DNA of 64,000 bases from Podarcis melisellensis. Its lineage: Eukaryota. A program made the position numbers and the translations under genes. Shown one piece after another: positions 1 to 12,374 of the stretch. Under the pieces are notes generated by a model. That model searched no databases and had not been told where the DNA came from. It saw only the letters and a program-made list of their open reading frames with translations. The DNA lies in the NCBI GenBank assembly GCA_964234715.1, contig OZ174280.1; one strand, written 5' to 3'. The first letter of the stretch is position 1. Each line of letters starts with the position of its first letter.

Positions 1-430
1 AGCAGAACAAGGGGTGGTGTAGCGGTCGAAAGAAAGGTCAGCAGCAACGTACGCGCGCCAAGTTCAAACGTAGAGGCGCGCGGAAGTGGAGAGAGCTCAG
101 GGGAGGAGCCCGGCCCTAAAGCCAGAAGGAGGGGGGAAGAGGCGGCAGAGGATTCAGCCTCAGGCGAGTCACGGAGAGAGGGAACCCAGGGGGGCAGGAA
201 GACCCTGCGGAAAAGAAAGGAGAGGAAGAGGTGGTCTAGAGCCAGGCTATTAAGTTGGTGTGGAAGAGGGGAGGAGTCAGAGGGGACTTCAGCGGTCTAA
301 CGTGACAGACGTACGGCCACGATGCCGAACTGTACGAGAAGCAGAAATCTTCAATAAACTTTTCCTGTAAATAAACTGCAACGGAGTGAGGTCTCTTGTG
401 AGCTGGGACCCGTCCTGGGTGGCCGTGACA
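1..430 (+). mobile_element. 3' part of an LTR (solo or 3' LTR, probably Gypsy-type), cut by the window start
   Basis: GC- and CpG-rich block with TATA-like TATTAA (248-253) and AATAAA at 353-358 and 370-375. It ends in ...GTGACA at 430, then switches abruptly to AT-rich DNA. No clear primer-binding site follows. Confidence 0.7.
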
Positions 431-3400
431 CCTTGGAATGAGGTATAGGGAGAGGGACTGATATATATGTAACCATTTGAAATCAAGCTTTCATCCCAAA
501 CATTCATGCTTGAATTTTGGAGCTGTTGATACCTTAGAAACAGTAGAGTCCAACAGTAGTAGTTGTTAGACATGGTATGATAACATAAAGAAGTGTACCT
601 AATACTTCATTTTCAAGAATAACTGGAGAAAAATGACAACCAGAATTTAGCAAATACATTTTAGATTAAGGAGGTAATTTACACCCAATAGCTACAAAGT
701 AATCACCATTGAACACAGTAGGATTTACCTCTGAGAAAACTTGCACGGGATTATATGCTGCACAGTAATTTTTCTTTGCCTCCTGCTGTCCGTCCCCCCC
801 CCCCCCCGATCCATTGAGACTGGATCTTATTTCACTTAAATTATGAGTGTTGTGGCTTGGAACATTTTCATAATCTGATGAGCTAGGCTAGGTTACTTAA
901 ATTATTTAAAGAGTTAACACGAAGATTGGCTGACACAGGTGTTTAATACAATACAACCAGATAATATATTACCCAGATATTAGTATTTTTATATAAGTCT
1001 AATTTGGCAAAGCACAAAATCCGTTGCACACACACTTTGCAATGATGGAAGAGCTGCTGGGCTGGGTAGACCTCTGTCCTTGGCAACCCAACAGTAATTG
1101 AAGATCTTTAAAAATGCATGCATCCTCCGTCTTTCCCATATGGGCTCCTAAGGCAACATGACCTTATGTGGCCATTATCTGACCTCTTTTACTCTTGGAT
1201 TACAGGGTACAAAGCAAATTTATAGTTGTTTATTCTCTCCTCCTATCAGCTATTAGTGCCTAATCATATGGTCTATTGATCATGTGATTAATCACCTGCC
1301 TAAAGACGCAGCAGATCTTGTGGAATGCTGCACTGCACCACACTGAACTTCAACCTTTTATACAAACTTGAACAGTAAAAACATTAGTCAATGCCGAAGC
1401 CTCTGGTTAGTATGCTGCTAGAACACCAGGAGGTAAATCTTGTTGGTTAAGAAAACATACCATACTATCAGTTGTGCCGTTTAAAAAACATATAATCCTC
1501 CCATACTTCATTTGCAGATACATACACTTGCCTAGAATATTATTTTAATGCATCCTATAGATACTAATTGGCGGGGGTGGAGGCAGGGACTGTACTGTGT
1601 TATAGTGTCCACTATTTTTACCATAAGGATCTGACAGCATTTCAATAGTAAAACCTTTATTTTCAAGGATTTATAATATGCTCGTGACATTTGGCTCTGC
1701 CTGAGCTATGAGCCTTTAAGATTCTTTTCTTCTTGTTCCCAACTTGTCGTTTTAAATACTGATTGGCCATATTTTATTTGCAAATGTTCATTTGTGCTAC
1801 TATTTATTTGTTTTACCTTTTCTCTTAAAATCAGCATTATATAAAATTGAGTATAAAATAAAACAGGGATTTTTAAATAGTTAAAAAAGGATTGCTATAC
1901 ACAGTTTGTGGGAGCTGTTTCTCACAAAGACCTGTTAAATGGTTTTGTCATGATGGAGATGTAATATAGACTAGATCAGAGGCCTTCTATCTTGTTGCAA
2001 AACGACCTTTTAAATATTCGTGTATAGAACCAGCTTTCCATCTGTTAACTTGTAGAAAGGAATATATCACTTTTAATCCTTGTTCATTTTTCATCCTTGT
2101 TATTTTCTTGAAATCTCAACTCAGTATGAGTCCTAGGAACACTCCACCTGCTTCCCCTCCCTCCATCATCTCATACCATCTTATCACTGTGAAGGGAATA
2201 TGGAACTTGGCATCTCACAATTATTTGATGTTCCTGACCCTTGACTCTGCCCCTAGTTTGAAAGGCAGACTGGGTTGCAGGGTCAGGGATATTCTACATT
2301 GAAATAAATGAAGCACATCCCATTTATTATCTTCTTGTGTGGTAAGAAGGTGAGAGCAGGAGCCTGAGAGTCTGAAATACTTAATATTCCTTGGAAAGTA
2401 AGAAGTGAATTAGTGTCTAGGTACATTTCAAGCTTATACATCTGTCTCGAAATTCAAGCAACAAATCACAACGCAAAAATCTTGTAGCAAGGACTATTGC
2501 AGTGGACGCTTGTGCAGAAGAAGGCATGGGGACTTCTCTGAGTTATGCTGTCTACAGATGAGGCATTGGGCCATACTCTATATCATGGCTACTGTTCCAA
2601 AAAGATTCAGGGTTCATTCTATGAAGATATTCATGCTGTGTAACACACTGTGTGCATGTGGTGATGGGACTAAGCTCAATGCCACAAGGAAACCCTGTCA
2701 GACACCAACTGCTGTGAAATCTCTGCTCCCTTACGAATCTATTTGGTGTTTGCTTAGGTATGTGAACAACCCCTGCTGACAAAAATGTAATTAAACAAAA
2801 TAAATGAAAAAGGGGCAAGTAATTTTAAATGGTGTTAGATGGGGTTTATGTATGATGGAGATGGAGACTACTACTTGTGCTTCTTGTAGGAGAGCTGGTA
2901 GGAGAGGATAACTCATTCACTTTCTCAAAAGGCAAGGCCAATTCAACTTCACTATACCTTTCTGTGGAAGACTTCCTTCCAGGTACCTGGCTCTGACTTC
3001 TAAGAAGGAGCATATTTGTTTCAGTTTTGAAGCTTTGACAATTTAATCTTACTTGTTCATTTCCCTTCCAGTTTTTCCAGTTCTACATATTTTTGGTGTC
3101 TTGTGTATGGCCTTCTTCTCTGATCTTAGAGGTGTAGGACTTTTCCACAGATCAGCCACACTGGTCCTACCAGAAGCCTAGACTCCAGCACTTTTGCATC
3201 TTTATCCCAAGCAGGTCATTTGCCATTGTGGCAGAGGGGAGAGACCCTGTTCTCTGCTGCTGCCTCCTTTCCTTTAAAAAAGCAAGTTAACTGGTGACTG
3301 TTTTGGTGGCTAACTGGTAGCTGCCATAGCAGAAACACCAATTTGTTTTGCCATCCCTGCATGTATTTCAGTTGAAATGAAATAAAGCAGTCAAACAGAA

Positions 3401-3675
3401 TGAACTTGTGACAGACGGAAACAACAGAGCTATATTTCAAATCTATACAGGCCATAACCTGTCCAAAAAAGCTATTGAATGGCTGTGTTTTGGGACACTC
3501 ACACCTGAGGAGATGGTGCAGCTGTTCTATCATGCTAAAAAAAGGGTCAGATTTTCAAAGCTCTGGTGGGAGGAAGCTGAAGAGGGAAAATGGGGAAGGA
3601 CGTGTTTTGTTCATGACTTAATGTAAACATCCTAAAAAGCAAATAAAAAAAGGAGGACATTTCCTATGACCATGA

Positions 3676-4297
3676 TGTCATGAGCCCCATGGCAAGAAAT
3701 GTGGAGGGGCGATCCTGGCAGAATTTGTCAGAGGAAGAGAAGACAGAGATTACTGTGTCTGTTGATGGGGAGAGTCCAATAGTATGCTGGGAGACATCCA
3801 AGGTGACAGGGCAAATCAAGCGATGCTGCCATTGCCCTGTCTCAGGAGAGCAAGGTTGCTCCAGCAACTGAGGAAGCACATGAGCACGAGTCAGGCAGTG
3901 AACTGGTAAAACAGACTCAGGTCCCATCTCCAATGATGCATCTCTCAATGGTGAGGGCAGACCCAGCTCACTTGTAGGAATTCCTGCTTACTTGTCCAGT
4001 CCAATTACTTGGGATGAGAACTGCGCAAAAGACTCTGCCTGTCCTGGAGGCATGTCAGGTGTTGAGATAGCATTTTAGCTTAGAACTCTGCTTCTGAACT
4101 ATTAGACTATGTAACCTGTGTCTTGATCTATGTTTAAGCTGTGGACTGATTTGTGAAACAAGGCCTTCAGGAATAATTGAGCTGAGAGTGAGTACTGTGT
4201 CTGAATGTGGGAGTCAGGACTATGAGAAGACCCTGTTGGTGCAGGAGCCATCTTTCCCAACAGGGCTAGCACACACTGAAAAGCTGGGTCATGAGCA
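3676..4297 (+). mobile_element. possible degenerate solo LTR
   Basis: Begins TGTCATGAGCCC and ends GGGTCATGAGCA (imperfect terminal inverted repeat, TG...CA), ~620 bp. No TSD found. Confidence 0.3.
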
Positions 4298-5224
4298 AGG
4301 TCAGCCTTGCAATCAGTAATGTGTTGTAGCTCCCCCACCCAGCTGGCAAAATCTACTCAATAGGATGATGTTTTAATTCTTCAGTTCAGATATAAACAGG
4401 TCTGAAGATGAAACTCCTGACTGGATACAATGTATCAATATTCTTTTAAAATTAGTGACAAGTAACCTCTGTTTACCTTGGAGTAAGCATTTATCCAAGA
4501 AGGCTTTCCATAATTTTAGTTAGATTTAATTATTGCTTTCCTGACATAAAGAGAACTCACTTCTTTGTAGTATATCATATTCTGCTCTTTAAAAATAAGT
4601 AAATGTAATATGTGGTGCTATTATAAAAAGAGCATGCTTAGAAAACACAGTAGACAGAAAACACAAACGGTGCTCCCATTTATATAAATCTGAATGTGTG
4701 GGAGAAGTGTTCATTGTGTCCAGCTTAAAAATCATGCACCATTATGTCCTTGATATATTAGCAAAGGACACTGAGTTGGCTCAAAGAGAAATGCAGCCAC
4801 TTAAAAGCATTAATTCTCCTGGAACTCGCAGAAAAGCAAAAATAAATTAAATGTGCCACCTTTAAATTTTTGGCTATGTTAAAACATTATGAGAACTACC
4901 TGTTGGACAAATTATGATAAATGATATCAACTGACACACTGCAACTTGTCTGAACTCCTTTTGGCTGTAGTCATAAGAGGCAAGTTATACAACTTGCAAA
5001 TTAAACTTATATCTATCATACTATTTTAAAGGAAATTATTAAACAGTAGTAATCATGGTGTTCTGTATCCTTATGAAGTAGCAAAACTCTTTCTGAAAAT
5101 ATGTTGAGAAGACTCAAACTCTTAGTTCTCAGTCTTGAAATTTCTATCCCTACAATGCTCAAAAAATTTCCCCTTTCAACAAAGTGCATGGAAGTTATAT
5201 TAAAGTAGCTTACCTAAGCCAATA

Positions 5225-5551
5225 AAGGTAAAGGTAAAGGTACCCCTGCCCGTACGGGCCAGTCGTGTCCGACTCTAGGGTTGTGCGCCCATCTCACTTA
5301 AGAGGCCGGGGTCCAGCGCTGTCCGGAGATACTTCCGGGTCATGTGGCCAGCATGACAAAGCCGTTTACCTTCCCGCTATAAAGTGGTACCTATTAATCT
5401 ACTTGCACTTAGGGGTGCTTTCGAACTGCTAGGTGGGCAGGAGCTGCGACTGAAAGACGGGAGCTCACCCCGCCGCGGAGATTCGAACCGCCGACCATAC
5501 GACGGCAAGTCCTAGGCACTGAGGTTTTACCCACAGCGCCACCCGCGCCCC
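5225..5551 (-). mobile_element. Sauria SINE, full length
   Basis: (AAAGGT)n is the reverse of the (ACCTTT)n tail. tRNA-like head with B-box (GGTTCGAATC on minus). 14-bp TSD TACCTAAGCCAATA (5211-5224) / TACCTAGGCCAATA (5552-5565). Many intact CpGs. Confidence 0.95.
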
Positions 5552-7092
5552 TACCTAGGCCAATATGTTGTTGTTATTTCATTTATAATAAAAGCAGCTA
5601 AGACAGTTTTTAAAGCAGTACAAAACACACATACAAAAAAAAGAGCTTTAAAAACAGTGGGATAAACACTTAAGGCAGAGACCTTTTCATCTACCTGGAA
5701 AGTTTATGAACTTTGACAACCTAGGTAGCATATTTATATAGAGAAAGTTGTTGGAGACTACTGGTATTAAATTAATGACCTTGGTGGTATGAGTGTCTTT
5801 CATACAAAATAATCTTCATTTTAAAAAATCCAGAATAACTACAGAGCTGTGTATCTCTCTGAGATGAAAATGCTCATTTTCATCCTTTTGGGTCAAGACT
5901 TGGGTTGAGAAGACAGAAATAATTTCTGGAAACCAGCAGTGCTTTGTCTCTTTTATAATGACAATCCATTGCTGGGGCCCCAGCATATACTTGATCCTTC
6001 CCTGGCTTCAGACCAGGCAATTGCATGACCACTTCTCTGCTGGCTCTGGACTCCCCCCCCCCCCCGCCAAGACTGTCTGCCACCTCAGTTTCTCATGGGT
6101 AAGAGAGATAAAGAGGTATAGGGTTGAGGTTCAGTTTGAGTTTATTGGGATGCTGGGTTTCCTTGGGGCTGGAAAAGTTGGGCTGCTCTACTGTGACAGC
6201 AGGTTCTTCAGGGTCCCCAGTTGTGCCAGAGGTCTCTGTGTCATCTCACAGCACTTCCTGGCTGAGGTTCCCTCTGGAACATGGTTGGGCTTGTACCAGT
6301 TCACATCAACCAGAACAGTTCCCATTTCTGCTTTGAGCTGTGCTTGCCCTCTGCCCTCTACTACTAGGGATATTTCCCAGGGGCAGAGGAAATGCTTATG
6401 TATTTGTGAGCATCAGGATGTCAGTCTTTGCCTGTTATATTTTCTCTACGTCTGTGCACCCAGCACATCCACAGTTGGGGGGGGGGGGAGAGAATTATAA
6501 CTTGGGTAACAGGAAGCTTTGAAAGAGTTTTCACCTGGCCAGCATAGTTGGTCTCCTCCAAACTGTTATGTACCTTAGTCACTTTTCCTCAGGCTTGAAA
6601 CATATGTAAAAACCATTCATCCCTCATACACTACAGGTGGAAGAGATGTCACGGGCAAATTAAAGTAGGTTAGTAAGGTGACTAAAGAAAGATTGATGTG
6701 AAAGCTTCTTATACTTTTCATACTGGAAGAATGGGGGTTAAAGAACTATCTACATATCTCTTGGCTTTTGTGGGTCAGTGGCAAGAGCCAATGTTGTAGG
6801 CCCTCCAACTGATTTAAAATATGATCTCAGTTAAAAATTACTTCATAGGTAATAGTTGTTAAATATAATATTTACCCATCCCACCCCTCAGATACCAGGA
6901 GATCACATATTATCTGGTGAGGGGTGGAGGATTATTATTTTAGTATTGATGAGCACACTAATTAACTGGCTGATAATTCAAGGAGCTGTTCAGGTTCATG
7001 CAGAAGGCTATTTCTGGTCCACTGGAATCCATGGCTTTTCTCGCCTCCTCCCTTTTTGTGGTAAATAGCTGATCCCCATAAGAGTTTTTCAG

Positions 7093-7124
7093 TGTTCTGC
7101 TGTTTCAATGTTCTGCTGTTTCAA
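7093..7124. repeat. 16-bp tandem duplication
   Basis: TGTTCTGCTGTTTCAA x2. Confidence 0.9.
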
Positions 7125-8310
7125 AAGCAGTTTTGCAGCTATTTGAGAAAAACAAGCTAAAGGTCCCACTGAGCTCAAGACCTGGGCCTAATTCTCAGAA
7201 TGCAAGTGGGGGTCTCACGTGATTGCAAGCCCTTCCATTATAAATCTACTGCACAAAAAACTTTATGTCAGGGAGAAAGTTTCTAGCCTAGCCTGGTTCC
7301 AGATATACTATTTTTTTAATGTGAATATATATAGAGAGAGAGTGAGAGAGAGAGATTGTACGGAGGACTCCTGGATTGCTGTCTGAAGTGGTATAGCCTC
7401 AACATGTTTACCCCTTCAGTGAGTACTAGACCCTCGTTTCACAGTTATTTGGGCCCTGGCCATTGCATTTTGTCTAGCTATCAGTGGAAACAGAATCTGT
7501 CGGTTTTGAAGAGCACAGATTAGGAAGGAATGTGCCGTTTGGAAACGTGGCAGCTCTCATAGTACTGTGTATGGTTTAAATTAAACCTTTTTTTGGAAAG
7601 CAGAATAGCTGCAGGCCACATTTTGAGGGAAAGCAACAGCAGAAAAGGGTTGGCTGTGGTTTTTCCTTTGCTGTATAACAGACCAACTTTCTCTTGTTTT
7701 AACACAGAAGCGGGGGAGGGAAAGCTGGACTCCTTCAGACCAACCACACAGCTTCTCTGCTGACCACAAAAAGGAAGTTAGGCATGGCAAGGCTAGGATT
7801 AATACCCACTGTCTCTTAAGCCAACAGGGTGTGAGAACTTTTTATATGGATTTTTCCCCTCCCTGCCTTCTTGCCAGATTGACGGTGTGGTCAGAGTTTA
7901 GACATCTTGAAACAAGTACAAGTTTGCATTACATTGTGTTCCAGGCTTTTCTAAATTGCATCTTAAATTCGTTTACGCCCACTGCTGAGCTTTTAGCAGG
8001 GCAAACCACTAATAGCTTTGTGCTACTTGCTGGAGGGATAGGAAACATAAAAAATATGCCTTGAACACTCTAGGCAGTTGGCAGATCTTGACGGGCTGAT
8101 AGACTATAGTTATGCTTAATGAAACAGGCAAAGCCAGCTCTTAATAGAACAGAGCCCTTTATTCTATGTGAATAATAAGATTAAGAATTTATTGAATAAT
8201 TGAATTTACTAGTCATTTGTCCAAATTTCCTTATTCACCGGCTCTTCTAAAAATTGACAGTGTGTGTGCTTTTATATGTAATTGTGACATCACATATTTC
8301 CATGTGTGAG

Positions 8311-8478
8311 ATATTTGATTTTATTTATTTTATTGTATTTTAAATATTTTGTTGGAAGCCGCCCAGAGTGGCTGGGGAAACCCGGCCAGATGGGTGGGGT
8401 AAAATAATAATAATTAATAATAATAATAGTAGTAGTAATAATAATAATAATAATAACAACAATAACAACAACAACAAC
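8311..8478 (+). mobile_element. 3' tail of a non-LTR retroelement ending in an (AAT)n/(AGT)n/(AAC)n microsatellite
   Basis: GTTGGAAGCCGCCCAGAGTGGCTGGGGAAACCCGGCCAGATGGGTGGGGT followed by trinucleotide repeats, a LINE 3' end I recall as common in lacertids. Confidence 0.75.
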
Positions 8479-8482
8479 TACA

Positions 8483-8763
8483 GAGACGGCCAACAACCTA
8501 GATGGCTTTAAAAGAAAGATAGACAAATTCATGGAGGTGAGGACTATCAGTGGCTACTAGCTATGATGGCTGTGTTCTGCTTCCACAATTGGAGGCAGCA
8601 ATGCTTCTGAATATCCATTGCTGGAAGCCACAGTGGGTGGAGAGTGCTGCTTTGTTCAGATGGAGCTTGTGGGTTTCTCACAGGCATATGGCTGGCCAAT
8701 GTGAGAACAGGATGCTTGGCTTGATGGTACCATTGGCCTGATCCAGCAGACTGTTCTTATGTT
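8483..8763 (+). mobile_element. CR1 LINE 3' fragment
   Basis: GATGGCTTTAAAAGAAAGATAGACAAATTCATGGAGG ... TTGGCCTGATCCAGCAG..CTGTTCTTATGTT, a typical reptilian CR1 3' end. Confidence 0.85.
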
Positions 8764-8792
8764 TGCAAGCAAACCATACCCTCCTGAAGTAT

Positions 8793-8991
8793 ATAAGAAC
8801 ATAGTAAGCTGCTGTAGACTGAGTCAGACCATTGGTACATCTGTCTCAGTGCTGTGTGCGCTGAGTGGCAGTGGCTGCCCATAGTTTCAGACATGGGACT
8901 CTCCTAGCCCTACCTAGAGATTCCTGGGGTTGAACCTTGGCCTTTCTGCATGCAAAGCAGATGCTCTAGTACTGAGCTGCAGCCCATCCCC
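8793..8991 (-). mobile_element. tRNA-derived SINE with CR1-like tail
   Basis: Minus strand reads GGGGATGGGCTGCAGCTCAGTACTAGAGCATCTGCTTTGCATGCAGAAAGGCCAAGGTTCAACCCC (A/B boxes) and ends TATGTTCTTAT. Confidence 0.8.
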
Positions 8992-9065
8992 TAATGTTAT
9001 TTTCTTACATGAAAACAGGCCTATTCCTTTGATGTCTCATATTTTTATTTTTAAGCATTACATGT

Positions 9066-9285
9066 TCTCAAACTTATTCTGTTCCAGGAGTCCATTTGAC
9101 TTCTGAAACCATTCGAAAACCAAGGCATGGCTTCCGATTGGCTGCAGGATCTTCCTGCACTTAACCAGAAGCTGCGGAAGCTGTGTCGGATGTTCGGCTT
9201 CTGAAAAATGTTCACAGACTGGAACACTCATTTCCGGGTTTGCGGCGTTTGGGAGCTGATTTGTTTGGGAACCAAGCCGTTCAAG
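9066..9285. mobile_element. internal fragment of a Tc1/mariner-type non-autonomous element
   Basis: Start resembles the neighbouring MITE (AACTTATTCTGTTCCAGGAGTCC) and shares TTCCGGGTTTGC with the 46103 element. Termini are lost. Confidence 0.55.
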
Positions 9286-9416
9286 TATACTAATTGATTT
9301 TTGCACTCAAGTCCTGTTTTATAATTCTGTGAAACAGTTGTAGATTTGAATCAGCTTATATTTAACCATATGCATCCCAGAACTGAATGTACTTGGAGTG
9401 GCACATGATCATTATA

Positions 9417-9586
9417 CAGTGGTACCTCGGGTTAAGAACTTAATTCATTCCGGAGGTCCATTCTTAACCTGAAACTGTTCTTAACCTGAGGTACCACTTT
9501 AGCTAATGGGGCCTCCTGCTGCTGCTGTGCCACTACCGCACAATTTCTGTTCTCATCCTGAATTAAAGTTCTTAACCCGAGGTACT
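9417..9586 (+). mobile_element. Tc1/mariner-type (Tigger-like) MITE, 3'-truncated
   Basis: TA|CAGTGGTACCTCGGGTTAAGAAC start, collinear with the 41639-41869 copy. Confidence 0.9.
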
Positions 9587-11994
9587 ATAACTACCAGGTG
9601 CTAGGATATATAGTCTTTGCCTTATATTCGCTGGAAGAGTTAATCACAAAGTGATTTTCCTCTCAATATTCACGTGTTAAATTGTTTCCAAATGTTAAAA
9701 TTTCAAGGTCCCAGTCATGAAAAATAACAGTTTTACTTCAGTACACAGGAACTTACTATCTTTCCACATTAGGGAAGGGGGAAGGGTATCCTTTACATTA
9801 CTATTCTAGAAAGCACTCGGAACAATCATGGTACAAAATGGGAAGGATTAAAAACTCCTTTGCTCCTGGTTGTGCAGATTTTGCAGATGCTTAGGCTATA
9901 CTCAGAACTGTAAAGAGGCAAGAAGTCACTTAGCATGAACAGATGTATTATCTTTAGTAAACTCTTTCAGGCTATTGTTTCCTAGGCATTAAAATATGCC
10001 ATCTTGATACTTGGTTATTCACTATATACCATAAAATATTTATTAAGGTCATAGAACTGTAGTGCAGTAGAAAAACCCACATGTGGAACAATATGCTTGC
10101 TGTTATTTTGGATAAGAACATTTCTGCTGGGTTGCATCACTGTCTGTAAATTTTATTGATTATAATTAAGTTCGTCTGTATTGTCTCTGGGAATGTACAT
10201 AGCTTAAAATCAATATTTCTTATATTCATTAGGAAAACCAGCTTGAAAGGGATTTTAGTAGAAATAAGCAGCAAGGCTGCCACTTTGATTGCATTTATAA
10301 AGCATTAGGGGCTCACCATCTCTCCTGCTTTTCTGAATGTGTTTTAAACTCATTTCACAAATTTGTCTCCACATTTAGCTGTTTTACTTTTACCGATTAT
10401 CCCTATTCTTTATATCAAGCTTCCATTAAGAGAAGGCATGCACCAGGTGTCTGCTGCAGGTAAACTCTGATTTAAAGTATCTGAAACTTTCATCTGCCCA
10501 GCTTCAGCTGTATTAATTTACATTATGCATCTGCCCTTCATCTGTATCATCTGCTTTGACAACATATGGAACCATTTTAAGCACAGAATAACATGTTGTC
10601 ACCTTACTGAAATTTGTGATGAGTTAAATAGGGACAATGCTTCACACTTCAGGCAACTGTCGCACAAAAAGTCATGTCAGAAAGCCTACTCCCTCTAATA
10701 CAAAAGTTGATGATTGCAGGGTGTGTTTTAAAGCTTTGTTTTGTTTATACAAGTTTCATAAATTCAATCCCAGCAGTCTGTGTACATCCATGAATGCACT
10801 ATGACTCCATTCTTACATCTGTTTATTTACCATTGTTTCTAAAACATCATTCAATAAAATTTCCAGTCTAAACAGTTTCAAGTAAACACATAGAGAAAGC
10901 ATCGTAGCATAATGCATTCAAAATAGCACATATAAAACCTTAAAAGCTGCATATTTAAAATCACACACTGAAGGCCTGTTGGAGCATTCAAACACAAAAA
11001 AGGAAATCTAGCAAATCCTAAAAGAGAATGCAATCTACACTTTTGGAACCATGATCAAGATGGCCCTGACTCTCAACCCCATCTGTCTAACCTTGCAAAG
11101 CAGCAGGCCCTCTGAGTTTATACTGTAAATCACTTTGGGATGCCTCACGTGAAATTATTCATAAATGAAATAAATAAATGTAATTGAAGAGATTCACAAG
11201 GGAGTATGTGGCCCTTAAAGTAAGCTGTAGATTGAGAGGATATCCCAATCAATAATACTTTGCACATTTTTTAAAATTTACTTTTCTTCATGGAGACTGT
11301 TGGGATTAAATTTGGGGGAGGGGGAGTTCACAGATTTATTGAAATTTAATCCTAACTAATAAATAAAAAGTGGTGATCTGATTAACATTACCCTATGGTG
11401 GAGTTGAGAGGTGAAACAGATCTTGCAGTGGTTCATAGTGGGTAGCATGAGCAAAGCACCAACAGGTTCACTCCAGCTCTCTGGCCTAGAGCCATTAACT
11501 CACTGTGGTGTGAGAACAGTTTTAGCATGTGAGCTTCTTGAAGGCAAGTTTATTGCTCTCCTTAGCTGCAATCTCATATTCAGAGTTCTTAGATTTAGAT
11601 GGTGCCTGGTTACTGGTGTTAGGTTTAGTATTAGAGTTTTCTTTCTCCCCCACCCCCACATCAGGGTGTGTTGTACCTAGCTCTCCTTTTGACTTCAGCC
11701 ACAAAATGCATTATTCCACAAATTGTGAATGTTTATTAGTTATTGATCCACCCCTTTTAATCATATATTTAGATACTCAAAGCTTGGAAATCCTGGTGAC
11801 CACACTTAGTTTCAATAACAGAATATTTACAGTTCATTGACAAACCATCCATGAGTAAATAATGAAATCAAACTTGCTATTGGGTAATGTACTGTCAGCT
11901 GGAAGGGGAAAGAACTAATGATCAGATAGGTCCAGATGGGGCCCAGATAGTTCTCTCCATTGGGGGGGAATTATATATGAAGTAGGTAGCTTAT

Positions 11995-12180
11995 TTATTA
12001 CCATTGTATCTCACAATTTCCCCAAGAAGCTAAAGACATGGGTTTCTTCCATTTTTAACTTCAAAACTGTGAAGTAGGTCAAGCTGGGAAGTGACTCGCT
12101 TAAAGTTGCTAGTGAACATTTGAACTTGGGTATCTGAGGTCTAACTCCTAGCACTGTTATTACTGCATTACACCAACTGT
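11995..12180 (-). mobile_element. old CORE/MIR-like SINE fragment
   Basis: CTGTGAAGTAGG..TGACTCGCTTAAAGTT..TTTGAACTTGGG..ATTACACCA resembles the copies at 25437, 41060 and 54755. Confidence 0.5.
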
Positions 12181-12224
12181 CATCATTACACTGCATCACA
12201 CTTGCTGTCATTATTTCTTTATAG

Positions 12225-12374
12225 CAGTGGGGGATTTTTTTTGGGGGGGGAGGTGCTGGTACTCATATATTGATAAAAGTGCCTGTAGATGCCAACACAA
12301 AATGGCTGTCATAGGCAGCGAAGAAATAGGTGATGGTACTCTGAACCAGTGAGTACTGTCACAAAAAAGCACTT
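12225..12374. mobile_element. hAT-type MITE
   Basis: Perfect 8-bp TSD CTTTATAG (12217-12224, 12375-12382) and degenerate TIRs CAGTGG...AAAAAAGCACTT. Confidence 0.75.

Noticed and set aside
5958-6500. 180-aa ORF
   Set aside because: No recognisable domain, runs through homopolymer tracts, no convincing splice context.
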